Both the position numbers and the translations under genes were made by a program. Positions 28,302-38,239 of a stretch of DNA of 64,000 bases are shown piece by piece. Numbering within the stretch: the stretch's first letter is position 1; each line of letters starts with the position of its first letter. Source of the DNA: Pirellulales bacterium (lineage in GTDB: Bacteria; Planctomycetota; Planctomycetia; Pirellulales; PALSA-1355); assembly GCA_040877415.1 (NCBI GenBank), contig JBBDNV010000128.1, positions 14,953 through 78,952 on the forward strand. The letters are read 5' to 3'. The notes under the pieces were generated by a model, which was not told where the DNA came from, searched no databases, and was given only the letters and a program-made list of their open reading frames with translations.

Positions 28302-29816
28302 ATGAACCGGGCGTCCGCAAGCGAACTCATTCCCCTTGTTGCGCAAGCGGCTGCACACGCAGGGCAGTTGGCGCTGGTGACAACCGAAGGGCGCTTCAGC
28401 TACGAGCAACTGCTGGACGCTTCGGCGCGCGGCGCATCGGTCCTTCTCGACGGACGTAAAGATCTCCGCGAGGCGCGGGTCGCATTCTTGCACCCGCCCG
28501 GCTTTGGCTACGCGACAACCCAATGGGCAATCTGGCGGGCGGGAGGCGTCGCCGTGCCCTTGGCCGTGATGCACCCACCCGCGGAGTTGGCCTACGTAAT
28601 CGAAGATTCGCAGGCTTCCACCGTGGTGGCCGACCCGGATTTACGGTCCATCGTGCAACCGCTGGCTGAAAAGTCCGGTTTACGGTTTGTCCTTAGCTCA
28701 CATGTCACCACGGGGCCGGCCAAATCACTGCCCCAGGTCGATCCGGCACGACGGGCGATGATCCTTTACACCAGCGGCACGACCAGCCGGCCCAAAGGTG
28801 TTGTTTCGACTCACGAAATGATTGCCGCTCAGATTGGCTCGCTGGTCGAAGCATGGGAGTGGACGGCAAACGATCACATTCTCCACGTGCTGCCATTACA
28901 CCACGTCCACGGAATCATCAATGCCTTGAGCTGCGCGCTGTGGTGTGGTGCAACCTGCCAGATGCTGCCGAAGTTCGATGCCCGGGAAGTCTGGCAGCGG
29001 ATCTGTCGGTCACACGAGCTGACCTTGTTCATGGCAGTCCCGACGATCTACGCGAAATTGATCGCCGAGTGGGAAACGGCATCGCCCGAAGATAAGAAAA
29101 TGATGTCTCAGGGCTGCAAGCGGCTCCGGTTGATGGTCTCTGGCTCGGCTGCCCTGCCTGTCAGTATGTTCGAAAAGTGGCAGTCAATCAGCGGTCACGC
29201 GCTCCTGGAGCGCTACGGCATGACCGAGATCGGCATGGCACTCTCGAATCCCCTCCGCGGCAAGCGGAAGCCTGGATACGTTGGCTTGCCGTTGCCGGGA
29301 GTCGAGGTCCGGTTGGTCGGCGACGACGGCCGACCGCCGGACGATGGATGTCCCGGCGAGATTCAAGTCAGGGGTCCGAACGTCTTTAAGGAATACTGGC
29401 GGCGCCCGGAGGCCACCCGTGCGGCGTTTACCGACGACGGTTGGTTCAGGACCGGCGACATCGCGGTGCGCGAAAGCGGAGTTTTTCGCATCCTGGGAAG
29501 GAATTCAGTCGACATCATCAAGACCGGTGGATACAAAGTATCGGCATTAGAGATCGAGGAAGTGCTGCTCGAACACGAGGCCGTCCGGCAATGCGCCGTG
29601 GTCGCTATCGAGGACCCCGAGTGGGGAGAGCGGGTTGGCGCAGCCGTTGTGCTTAGGCCCGGGCAGGATCTCACCTTAAGCCAGTTGCGCGCCTGGGCGA
29701 AGCGGCGCTTGGCCCCGTACAAGGTTCCAAGCAAATTGATTACGCTCGATGAGCTTCCGCGCAACACCATGGGGAAAGTGACCAAGCCCAAGGTCGTCGA
29801 ACTCTTTGACCGCTGA
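28302..29816 (+). CDS. AMP-dependent synthetase/ligase (acyl-CoA synthetase family)
   Basis: The AMP-binding motif is YTSGTTSRPKGV. Also present are GYGMTE, TGDIAV, and a C-terminal K in GKVTKPKV. Confidence 0.85.
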   Translation: MNRASASELIPLVAQAAAHAGQLALVTTEGRFSYEQLLDASARGASVLLDGRKDLREARVAFLHPPGFGYATTQWAIWRAGGVAVPLAVMHPPAELAYVIEDSQASTVVADPDLRSIVQPLAEKSGLRFVLSSHVTTGPAKSLPQVDPARRAMILYTSGTTSRPKGVVSTHEMIAAQIGSLVEAWEWTANDHILHVLPLHHVHGIINALSCALWCGATCQMLPKFDAREVWQRICRSHELTLFMAVPTIYAKLIAEWETASPEDKKMMSQGCKRLRLMVSGSAALPVSMFEKWQSISGHALLERYGMTEIGMALSNPLRGKRKPGYVGLPLPGVEVRLVGDDGRPPDDGCPGEIQVRGPNVFKEYWRRPEATRAAFTDDGWFRTGDIAVRESGVFRILGRNSVDIIKTGGYKVSALEIEEVLLEHEAVRQCAVVAIEDPEWGERVGAAVVLRPGQDLTLSQLRAWAKRRLAPYKVPSKLITLDELPRNTMGKVTKPKVVELFDR

Positions 29817-29944
29817 AGAGAACCGTTCAGCGCAACGACCAACGGAACGAGACTCTGCCTTCGAATCGCAATGGCCAAAGGGCAACTCACCGGACTAGGA
29901 ATCAGTCTGTCGATGGCGAACCGTGGCAGACAAATGCCCCGCCG

Positions 29945-29999
29945 GCTCAAAAATCGGTCTTATTTCAGGACGTTCCAAAAATCGGTCGGGTTTGATTGG
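29945..29999. promoter_or_regulatory. 21-bp palindromic motif, copies 3 and 4 in tandem (ctcaaaaatcggtcttatttcagga / tccaaaaatcggtcgggtttgattgga)
   Basis: Two adjacent copies sit 150-200 nt upstream of the small lysine-rich ORF. Confidence 0.45.
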
Positions 30000-30147
30000 A
30001 CAACGCAGAATCGAACTGCGACGATGTGGCGTTGGGGATGCGACCCTACCCTGGCAGGGAAAAATGCTGCGCGGGCGAACTTGAACAGCAGAAGCGAAAA
30101 CGTCGGGCTCACTTGAACGATGACTGACAATAGGAAAGGATCACGCG

Positions 30148-30255
30148 ATGGGAGACAAAGGCGGCAAGAAAGGCAAGGACAAGAGCAAGAAACAGAAGGC
30201 GATGAAACAGGAACAAACGATGAAAGGGAAGCAGGATAAGAACCGGCCGAAGTGA
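30148..30255 (+). CDS. Small lysine-rich protein, 35 aa (MGDKGGKKGKDKSKKQKAMKQEQTMKGKQDKNRPK)
   Basis: It lies in a 1.3 kb stretch without larger credible ORFs. GGAAAGGA is 7 nt upstream of the ATG. It is below the ORF-track size cutoff. Confidence 0.35.
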   Translation: MGDKGGKKGKDKSKKQKAMKQEQTMKGKQDKNRPK

Positions 30256-30569
30256 GGTCGACGCCCGATTGCTGGCCACGAGCGTGGTCCTCTATGCGAG
30301 AAGCCTGGCGGCCGTGCTGAGCCAGAGTCTGTCGGTCGAGGTCTAGCTCTGCGCTCTGCCGAGCGACATGCGGCGCAGCTTCGACGGGTTGATGCGAATG
30401 GCCGAAGAGCACCTCGAGCGGAACGTGCTGAAGGGAGGGCTGTTCGTGTTTGTCAACCGGCACCGCGACCGGGTGAGGCGAGCGTCCGAAACGCCGGTGT
30501 CATCTATCGGTCGTAATTCAGGGATCCGAAGAAACCGATGGATTTCTGGCACTGAAGCCGGGCTGGATG

Positions 30570-31007
30570 TCATGTCAACAGACGAGCGGCACTTCGGGCG
30601 TTCGACCGGAACTGGCGGCGAAGCAATGGCCTGCTGAAGAATTCGATCGTGCGACCGAGCCATCCCCACGGCGTGTCCCATTCGACCTCCACGGTGACGC
30701 GCGTGATTCCGTCAGCTTCTTGGAATCGGTCCTGTCCACGAAACGGCACGCCAAACGGCATTGTGCCCGCGATCTGACGTGAAACGCCTGGCTCACAGGC
30801 CATCACTTCCCAACGCCCCAGCCACTCGCGGCCGAGCAAGCGGATCACTTGTGTGTATCCGGCACCTGTGTGGTCGAACGGTCCGCGGACATCCCGGATC
30901 GAACTCCACTCCTTATTCCATTTCGTCCAGTCCTCAGGATCTGTGAACAGTTTCCAAACCCGGTCCAGCGGCGCCGCGAACTCAGCGGTTTCGATGATGC
31001 GGCCCAT
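30570..31007 (-). CDS. SRPBCC (Bet v1-like, polyketide cyclase/dehydrase fold) family protein
   Basis: The internal ATG at 31007 gives MGRIIETAEFAAPLDRVWKLFTDPEDWTKWN..., typical of the SRPBCC N-terminus. The track ORF extends implausibly upstream. Confidence 0.6.
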   Translation of the reverse strand: MGRIIETAEFAAPLDRVWKLFTDPEDWTKWNKEWSSIRDVRGPFDHTGAGYTQVIRLLGREWLGRWEVMACEPGVSRQIAGTMPFGVPFRGQDRFQEADGITRVTVEVEWDTPWGWLGRTIEFFSRPLLRRQFRSNARSAARLLT

Positions 31008-31099
31008 CGCCACTCGTTTATCAGAGAATCGGTATCGAACGAAGATTTTAGCGCAGACTTTCCTCAAGTCTTCGCCGCCTCGGCGGATACACGACACGG

Positions 31100-31243
31100 C
31101 TACTTCTTTGCCTTGTCCGAGTGCCGTTTGGTTTGCGCCACTTCTTGCTTCCGGTAATCGCCGATGACGCCTTTCAGGGGGCAGACTGAGAATGCCGGAC
31201 ACTTCTTGCAGCCGACTACTAGAGCGATTGGGCATAACGTCAT
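31100..31243 (-). CDS. Small Cys-rich protein, 47 aa (C-x7-C-x2-C-x5-C)
   Basis: MTLCPIALVVGCKKCPAFSVCPLKGVIGDYRKQEVAQTKRHSDKAKK. GGGAGA is 6 nt upstream of the ATG. It is immediately upstream of the SRPBCC gene and co-oriented with it. Confidence 0.35.
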   Translation of the reverse strand: MTLCPIALVVGCKKCPAFSVCPLKGVIGDYRKQEVAQTKRHSDKAKK

Positions 31244-31753
31244 CTCATTTCTCCCTTTTTGTTTGTGTGCGCTGCGGGCGGACAAGGGCTCGGAGTCGAA
31301 TTTACCCCACGGAAACCGGCCCCGATCCCCCTTATCCGTGCTCTAACGACTGAGTTCAGCCGCGTGCCGACCATTGGGTGGCGGCTGTGAACATTCTACC
31401 AGTTTTCCGGCACCACCGCGCTACGCCGGTCGCGCGCGTCATCAATCGGTGGAATGATGGCACGTTCGAGAAATCGTGTGAGATCATGACAAAGCGGACT
31501 GCCGGCGGAAAAATATCATTGGCATTCCAACGAGTGCTTGGCCGCGATCACCGAGACGCGTAAGCGTAACGTGGTGGACGTGGCAAAGCACCTTGTACGA
31601 ACTGAGGAACCGGGGCCGCCCGGAAAAACAGAGGAGAATTCACGATGCGCTAGATGCGAGGGGGGGTGGCGCGATGCTAAGATAGCGAGCATTCCTAGCC
31701 TGGATCGGTTTCGGGCTCAGTTCAAATGGGAAATTTCTGCCAGGAGGCGCATC

Positions 31754-32674
31754 ATGGTCACAGAACACGACATCGGCGCTGCGGCCCGACAGGCCGGTCG
31801 TGAATTGCGTCAACTACGGTCGAGTATGCCGAGCTTTGTCGAGTTGGCTACCTTGCTCGTCCTCCTCGCTATCAGTCTAGGACTCGCAATGTCTGTGGGT
31901 CAGACGAGTGTCGACTGGGGTATTTTCATTGGCCTGGCAGGTGCGATTGTTTCGGCACTCGTGGCCGCATCGATCAAAATCGCCAATCAATGGGAGCGGG
32001 GCCTTGTGCTCCGACTCGGCGAGTTCCAGTCGATCCGCGGGCCCGGGATGTTCTTCGTCGTGCCAATCATTGATCGGGTGCGGATGGTTGACACCCGGGT
32101 GCTCGCAGTAGACATTCCTCGACAAGAGGCCATCACCAGGGACAACGTTCCCGTGTCGATCAACGGAGCGCTGTTCTTCAAGGTGACGAGCGCCGAAGAT
32201 GCGGTGATGAAGATTCAGGACTATGTTTACGGCATTTCCTTGTTGGCCCAAACGGCGCTACGCGACGTGGTGGGCGGGATGCTGCTCGACGAACTACTGT
32301 CGGAGCGCGAACGGATCGGCAAGCAGGTTGTGCAAGCGGTCGAGACCGACTCGAAAGAGTGGGGATTGCACGTTACCGGCATTCGTCTGATGGACATCGA
32401 TATGCCGGAGGACCTGAAGCGGATTATGTCGCGACAGGCGGGCGCGGAGCGGGAAAAGCGGGCAACGATTACGAAGGCGGAGGGCGATAGGCTCGCAGCG
32501 GAGAATTTAGCGGCCGCCGCGGCAACGATGCTTGCCAGCCCCGGTGCCATGCAACTGCGCACATTACAGACGCTTGACGGACTTGGTCCCACTGCCTCCA
32601 ACACGGTCGTATTGGCCATTCCTGTCGAGGTCATGCAGTTGGCCGCGCGGCTCAGCCGGCCAGCGGGCACCTAA
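31754..32674 (+). CDS. SPFH/band-7 (stomatin/prohibitin-like) membrane protein
   Basis: The ATG at 31754 has CAGGAGG upstream. An N-terminal TM helix is followed by the SPFH core (RLGEFQSIRGPGMFFVVPIIDRV...DNVPVSINGALFFKV). Confidence 0.8.
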   Translation: MVTEHDIGAAARQAGRELRQLRSSMPSFVELATLLVLLAISLGLAMSVGQTSVDWGIFIGLAGAIVSALVAASIKIANQWERGLVLRLGEFQSIRGPGMFFVVPIIDRVRMVDTRVLAVDIPRQEAITRDNVPVSINGALFFKVTSAEDAVMKIQDYVYGISLLAQTALRDVVGGMLLDELLSERERIGKQVVQAVETDSKEWGLHVTGIRLMDIDMPEDLKRIMSRQAGAEREKRATITKAEGDRLAAENLAAAAATMLASPGAMQLRTLQTLDGLGPTASNTVVLAIPVEVMQLAARLSRPAGT

Positions 32675-32991
32675 AGTTTGGAGAACACTAAAAATCTTAA
32701 TCCCACGAATCGGCCTGCATCGGTTAGATCAAGCCGGAGGCCGAAACGGATGCCCAAAAACGTTCGGTTCTCAACACACTCGACCCACATGGCGGCCGCA
32801 GCGATCTGAAGACGACGCCGGGAACCGATGGAGCTGATGGCCGGGATGGGCAAGTTGACCGTGGAAATGATGGGAGGCGTCGGTTTCGCAAGCGAAAGCC
32901 GGACCGAGTGCTGACCGCCAGCTCGCGGAGGGTGAGGAATAGAACGAGCTTAAGGGCGCGGAGCATCGGAACCGCGCCCTTCGAGAGAGCG

Positions 32992-34755
32992 TCAGGGCGT
33001 GTCACCCGCCGTGCCGAGTACCCGCGGCGGGAAACGACGATCGATCAATTGCCGCGCTTTGTCCAGGAAAGTGGACCACGGACTACCGAGATCGGGCGCC
33101 ACGTGATCCCACTCATGGCTGACGTACGAAATATAGAAACCGCGATAGACGACGTAGTGATAGTAGCTTGAGCCGTCACGTCCGGAATTGCCGGTGAAAT
33201 CCGAGTCGTGGTCTTGAATGCCCTCGAGCGGAGTCGCCGAGTAGGACCGGATCGTGACCGTCAAGCCGGGACCGCTCTGAGGTTTTGCGGTCGGCCAGGT
33301 CTGTTGATGACTTTGCAAGATTGCTGCCGCGTCGGGAATCGACAGCGAGCCGATGAAGACTGACGTGTAACCGCTCGCGCGGCCGAACGTACCGCCGATC
33401 GTCCGCCCGTCGAAATAGATCCGTTCTTGTCCGCGGTCGGATCCTTCGAGGAGCGTTGCCAAATCGCCGATCTGGAAGCCGGTCGGTGCGGCCGGCGCGG
33501 CGGAGTGATCTTGCTGGAGGTCGTTGCCCCTGGCAGGACCCGCCGTCGAATTAGCGGCCGGCGTCGACGTCGTGTCACCGCCCGGATCGCTGTCGTGGGG
33601 GTTCGCGCCGCCTTGAACCCGCGGCGTGGCGGCGTCGGCCGCGTCGCGCGGCGAACTGCTGTAGAACCGCACCTGGATTCGACCGTCGGGCAGCACCGTA
33701 ATGCCCGTCACCAGCTCGGCCTGCGAGGGATCCGGGGGCGGACCGAGGTTGACGAACGAATCGGGATTCAGACCACGACCCCAGAGCGTCGAGAGCGCCT
33801 CGTCGAGCGAACGGCCGACGACGTCGGTCGGCTGCGGCGGATCGACCGAGCGCGGCATCGGCGGATTGAGCGGCGGGCCTGTTGGCTTTGCGGGCGTCGG
33901 CGTCGACCCCGCCGAATTCGTACTCGCCGAGGAGGGCCCGGCCGCGGTCGTGCGGCCCGTCGGTTGCCGGGTCGGCGATGTCCAGGCGCCGAACGTGCGA
34001 CCAGGCCATCCGCCCGCCGCGTCCATCACGATCAACAGATTCTCGACGTAGTCGTCCGCTAAAGGACCGGATTTCGAGTACCCGTTTGCGGTCGGTCTCG
34101 GCGAAGAGGTTCCAGATCGGTTGCCGTTGCTTGCGGGCGGGGTATTGCCGGAGGTCGCGGGCGGAGTCGATTCGCTTCGCCCCAAAGTTGGTCCGTGCTC
34201 CGCATGAACCGCCGTTACGAATGCGATTATCTGCATCAAGTCCAAGCCCGGATTGGACGCGGCTCTGCCAGCCGTTTGTGCATTCGGGTCCTTCTTGGCG
34301 GCCGCGGCGTTCGGGCGGACCGCGCCGACCATGTGATTGGGCGAAACCTGCAGTTGCAATTCGTCGCTCGCCGCGTCGTAGCGGCCGACCCAGGGCAAGG
34401 TCTGTGGCTGGGTCATTCGCTTGCCGTCGGGCCGAACTAGCAGCGTGCCCCGAATCGTAAACTCATTGCTGGCTCGACCGAGACCCTGCATCTCGACCGT
34501 CAACTCCGTCGGATCGTCGGCCGAGTAAGCAATGCGACCCAGGCCGCGGACGAGATACAGGTCGGGCGTCTGGGCCTCGATCAGCAGGGCGAACGGAAAC
34601 CGCTGGTCGTCGCTGACAAACAGCCCCTGCGACTGCGGCGGGGAAGAAACCGCAGCAGTCGTGTGCTCGACGGCCAAGCCCGCGCCGGCTTCGAGCAAGA
34701 GGACGCACACTGCGAGCAACGACGCGGCACGACGCCAGATTGCACAAGACATCAT
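32992..34755 (-). CDS. Secreted hypothetical protein with Pro/Thr/Ser-rich low-complexity linkers
   Basis: The signal peptide is MMSCAIWRRAASLLAVCVLLLEAGAGLA. Long PT-rich segments are present. No family was recognised. Confidence 0.55.
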   Translation of the reverse strand: MMSCAIWRRAASLLAVCVLLLEAGAGLAVEHTTAAVSSPPQSQGLFVSDDQRFPFALLIEAQTPDLYLVRGLGRIAYSADDPTELTVEMQGLGRASNEFTIRGTLLVRPDGKRMTQPQTLPWVGRYDAASDELQLQVSPNHMVGAVRPNAAAAKKDPNAQTAGRAASNPGLDLMQIIAFVTAVHAEHGPTLGRSESTPPATSGNTPPASNGNRSGTSSPRPTANGYSKSGPLADDYVENLLIVMDAAGGWPGRTFGAWTSPTRQPTGRTTAAGPSSASTNSAGSTPTPAKPTGPPLNPPMPRSVDPPQPTDVVGRSLDEALSTLWGRGLNPDSFVNLGPPPDPSQAELVTGITVLPDGRIQVRFYSSSPRDAADAATPRVQGGANPHDSDPGGDTTSTPAANSTAGPARGNDLQQDHSAAPAAPTGFQIGDLATLLEGSDRGQERIYFDGRTIGGTFGRASGYTSVFIGSLSIPDAAAILQSHQQTWPTAKPQSGPGLTVTIRSYSATPLEGIQDHDSDFTGNSGRDGSSYYHYVVYRGFYISYVSHEWDHVAPDLGSPWSTFLDKARQLIDRRFPPRVLGTAGDTP

Positions 34756-35254
34756 GAGGACTCCCTGCTAACAAAAGTCTCGATCCAATGGCAAGCAAGC
34801 CTAGTTCGCACAAAGGGGGGAAGGACGCGGTTTCCATCGGGTTTTTCTGCCGGTTTTGGTCGCAGCCGGTTGGCTGTGCTGGCGGCGGCGGTTAGTTAGA
34901 TAATGACGAGCACCAGCGCCAAACTAAGGATGCGGCGCGCACCTGAAGTGATGAACGAAAGGCCCCGGGCGTGAGCCGGCGAGAGCAGTCACCTTCGCAC
35001 CTAGCCGCGTGACGACGTGGCGTTCCTGGTTTTCAGACCCATTGCCGACGATTACAAATACTTTCGAAAAAAGATGCTGAACCTGTCGATCTCGCTGTCC
35101 CTCGTTTATCAAAGCGGGTATCGCGGAAGTCGAGATGGAGCTTCGCCAGCTGTTCGATCCGGCGGACTTCGGACCCGAGGGGGCGCAGGGGTAGACGCGG
35201 CGAGTGGCCGCCGCGGCGGATGTTCCACGCTACAAACATGAGGAGGAAGAATTC

Positions 35255-35659
35255 ATGCAATCGACTGCGCAAACCGCCGGGATCTCGAAGGCGAGCCTGT
35301 TGGCCGGACGGACGATCAGCACGCTCGCCGTGCTGTTCCTGCTTTTCGATGGCGTCACGAAAGTGCTGAAGGTGGCACCCGTCATGGAGGCCTGCGCTCA
35401 GCTCGGGATTCCCGAAAGCGTCGTCCCCGGGATTGGGATCGTCTTGCTCATCTGTACGGTCGTGTATGTGAATCCGCGGACATCCGTGCTGGGCGCGATC
35501 CTGCTGACCGGCTATCTCGGCGGCGCAACGGCGACGCACGTGCGCGTCGGCGGTCCCGTCTTTCCCGTCGTCTTCGCGGTCGTTTTCGGCGCGTTGGTCT
35601 GGCTGGGGCTGTTCTTGCGCGATGATCGGCTGCGCACACTCATCCCCCTGCGAAGATAG
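35255..35659 (+). CDS. DoxX family membrane protein
   Basis: The ATG at 35255 has GAGGAGG upstream. The roughly 135-aa product is four-TM (LLAGRTISTLAVLFLLFDGVTK...ILLTGYLGGATATH). Confidence 0.7.
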   Translation: MQSTAQTAGISKASLLAGRTISTLAVLFLLFDGVTKVLKVAPVMEACAQLGIPESVVPGIGIVLLICTVVYVNPRTSVLGAILLTGYLGGATATHVRVGGPVFPVVFAVVFGALVWLGLFLRDDRLRTLIPLRR

Positions 35660-35982
35660 GGCGGGCGGATCGTGCGCGACGTCGGCCTGGCTGAGGAGCT
35701 GGCGCAGGACGCTCTGGCGGCCGCGCTCGAGCAGTGGCTGCCCCTCCCGGCAGCAGGGCCGCCCGCGTTAGATCATCGCCAAAGGAACACTCGTCGAATC
35801 TCTCGCACGGTCTCAAACGCCATTTGTTCAAGCACTTGCGGCGCAAGCCCGGATTCGATTCGAACGATCCCCCCGCCGGCGTGTCGATCGGCTTTGGTTT
35901 TTATGTCGCAATTTCGATCGCTCGCGGCACATAACTAGTGGCGGCGAGCGAGCGGCCGGCACAAAGGCTTGAGAGACCCGTC

Positions 35983-36510
35983 ATGCAGAGCGACGCGGAG
36001 ATTGTCCGCCAGGTGCGCAACGGAAATCGCCAGGCATACGGCGTCCTCATCGAGCGCTACCAGCGGCTGGTGCAGGCAACGGCCATGCGGTTCACCGGCG
36101 ATCGGCACGCCGCGGAAGACGTCTCGCAGGAAACGTTCATTTTCGGCCTGAGGCAGCTCGGCTCGCTGCGCACGCCGGCGAAATTCGGCGGCTGGCTATT
36201 GGCCATTACCCGACGAACGGCGGCCCGGTCGAAAACCCGCAGGCTGCGCGCGCCGGTTTCCATCGGCGATCCCGATGCGCTGCCGGCTGGCGACGGCGAA
36301 GCGCTTTCCGCCCAGTCGCAAGAGCTGATGGAGCTTATGGACCGTTTGCCCCAACACGAGCAAGCGGTGGTGGCGCTGCGGTATTTGAACGGCCACTCGG
36401 TCCAGGAAATCGCTGACATGACGGGGCGGCCTGTAGGCACAGTCACCAAACAACTTTCGCGCGGTTGCCAGCGCCTGCGAAATTGGCTCGATAAGGAGGA
36501 CGCACGATGA
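35983..36510 (+). CDS. ECF (sigma-70 family group 4) RNA polymerase sigma factor
   Basis: Region 2 is YQRLVQATAMRFTGDRHAAEDVSQETFIF. Region 4 is LRYLNGHSVQEIADMTGRPVGTVTKQLSRG. Confidence 0.8.
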   Translation: MQSDAEIVRQVRNGNRQAYGVLIERYQRLVQATAMRFTGDRHAAEDVSQETFIFGLRQLGSLRTPAKFGGWLLAITRRTAARSKTRRLRAPVSIGDPDALPAGDGEALSAQSQELMELMDRLPQHEQAVVALRYLNGHSVQEIADMTGRPVGTVTKQLSRGCQRLRNWLDKEDAR

Positions 36511-38183
36511 ATCGCCAGATCGACATCGAAGAACGGTTTGCGCAGCTTGCCCGCGAAGTCGGCTCTCGACCGGAGCTGGCCCAAATCGTGTTGCAACAAG
36601 CGGACGAACTATTTCGAGCGCAGCCGGCGCCGAGATTGCTGGGGCGAGTTCCCGTGGGGTGGCGATGGGCTTCGGCTTGTGCGGCGGCATCGCTGATTGG
36701 GGTTTCCATTTGGCTGTTTTGGACGCCGCGGCCGCTCTCCGCGCAGATTCTCACGGCGCTTGCGCGCGTCGAAACCGTGCACGTGACGGGATCCACGAAC
36801 CGCATCGTTCGCAAATGGCCGCTGGAAGATCCCGCCGGCGCGCGTGCTGATGGCACGGAACTGGTGCCGCTGGAGGCCTGGTATTGGACCGACGGGCACG
36901 GGGTCGCCCGGTCGTATGAGCGACAAGGTCCCGTCACGCTCACCCGCACGGGCGGCGAACAGCGCGAATACCAAAAAGACGTCGATCTGCTCTACGTCCG
37001 CCAAGGCGGATACTCGAAAGACCGCGTGCAACAGATTTCCAGGCTGGCGGAATACTTGGAGGCGCTCGAACGTCCAGGCATGATCAAACGGAATCTGGGA
37101 ACCCGCAAAGAGGGCGATTCGGTCCTTGCAGGACTGGAGCTGCGGCACCGCGGGCGCGTGCAAACCGTCTGGTGGAACGCCGAAACTTTCCTGCCGGTGC
37201 GGATGTCGGAGCTAGGAACCACGGGCGAGGGAAAAACGGTTGAGTCGCATCTCGCCTTTACCTATAACCAGCCGGTTCCCGCGCAGGTCGCCAGCTACCA
37301 GGCTCCCAAGGCCAGGCAGGTGCGATACGGCGGATCGGACAAAGCGTCCTTGGCATGGCGCCAGCACGTCGAGGAAATCGAAAGGCGGCTCGCCGAACAA
37401 CCGCTCGCGGGTCGCGTCGAGGTTTTGCCACGCAAGAACGGCCGATTGTTTTCGATTTCCTGGACGTTGGCCACGCCCGACGGCAAATACGTGGTCACTC
37501 CGCTGTGCGGGCGAGCGGAAGACCTCTCGACGCTGGCGGATTTCATTCGCCTGCGGGTCGCAACCGGCGGTCCCGGGCGTTACCTCGCCTCGTGGCGCGT
37601 GCCCGAAGAGCTGCGCGAGTTGACCCTGCGGCACGACGTCGTGTACGAAGCAACGGTTCCGTGGCAAGAATGGATCCAAGTCGTGCTGGGCCATTTCGGC
37701 CTCGAGTACGTCGACGTCGCGGGGACGCAAACCGTGTGGGTCGCCCGTCACGACGAGCATTCGCACAAGCCAACCGGGCCGGTATCGCCACCGGTCCCCT
37801 ACATTGTCGAAGGGGGAATCGAGAAACGGGGTTATGTCAAGCCCGGCGTGGGGATGCGCCTCGCGCCCGTCACCCTCGAGACGCTGTTTCACGACTTCAA
37901 TGAGCGGCAAGCCATGGATTTTGACGGCGATTCGATCATCATCGAAGACCAGACCGGTTTGCCGCGGCCGCCGGCATTCGACAAAGAGGTTCACGGCACC
38001 TGGGAAGACTACTGGAAGAACGTCGTCGAACCGAAGTACCCGATGGCGACCGACAGCCCCTACTTTCGCGGCCCCGAATCGCTCGACATGGCCAGGAAGT
38101 GGTACCACGACCAGTTCGGTATCGCCTTCACCGAAGAGACGCGGCCGACGACGGTCCACGTGGTGCGGCGCAAGCAGCCGTAA
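36507..38183 (+). CDS. Putative anti-sigma factor: short cytoplasmic N-terminus, single TM, and a large periplasmic domain
   Basis: Its start overlaps the sigma-factor stop (ATGA). The TM helix is WRWASACAAASLIGVSIWLFW. There are 440 aa of extracytoplasmic sequence. Confidence 0.55.
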   Translation: MNRQIDIEERFAQLAREVGSRPELAQIVLQQADELFRAQPAPRLLGRVPVGWRWASACAAASLIGVSIWLFWTPRPLSAQILTALARVETVHVTGSTNRIVRKWPLEDPAGARADGTELVPLEAWYWTDGHGVARSYERQGPVTLTRTGGEQREYQKDVDLLYVRQGGYSKDRVQQISRLAEYLEALERPGMIKRNLGTRKEGDSVLAGLELRHRGRVQTVWWNAETFLPVRMSELGTTGEGKTVESHLAFTYNQPVPAQVASYQAPKARQVRYGGSDKASLAWRQHVEEIERRLAEQPLAGRVEVLPRKNGRLFSISWTLATPDGKYVVTPLCGRAEDLSTLADFIRLRVATGGPGRYLASWRVPEELRELTLRHDVVYEATVPWQEWIQVVLGHFGLEYVDVAGTQTVWVARHDEHSHKPTGPVSPPVPYIVEGGIEKRGYVKPGVGMRLAPVTLETLFHDFNERQAMDFDGDSIIIEDQTGLPRPPAFDKEVHGTWEDYWKNVVEPKYPMATDSPYFRGPESLDMARKWYHDQFGIAFTEETRPTTVHVVRRKQP

Positions 38184-38239
38184 AGCCGCATTGGGCATCC
38201 ATTGCCATCCCGTCGACGCCGCATTCGACGCGTCCGTCC

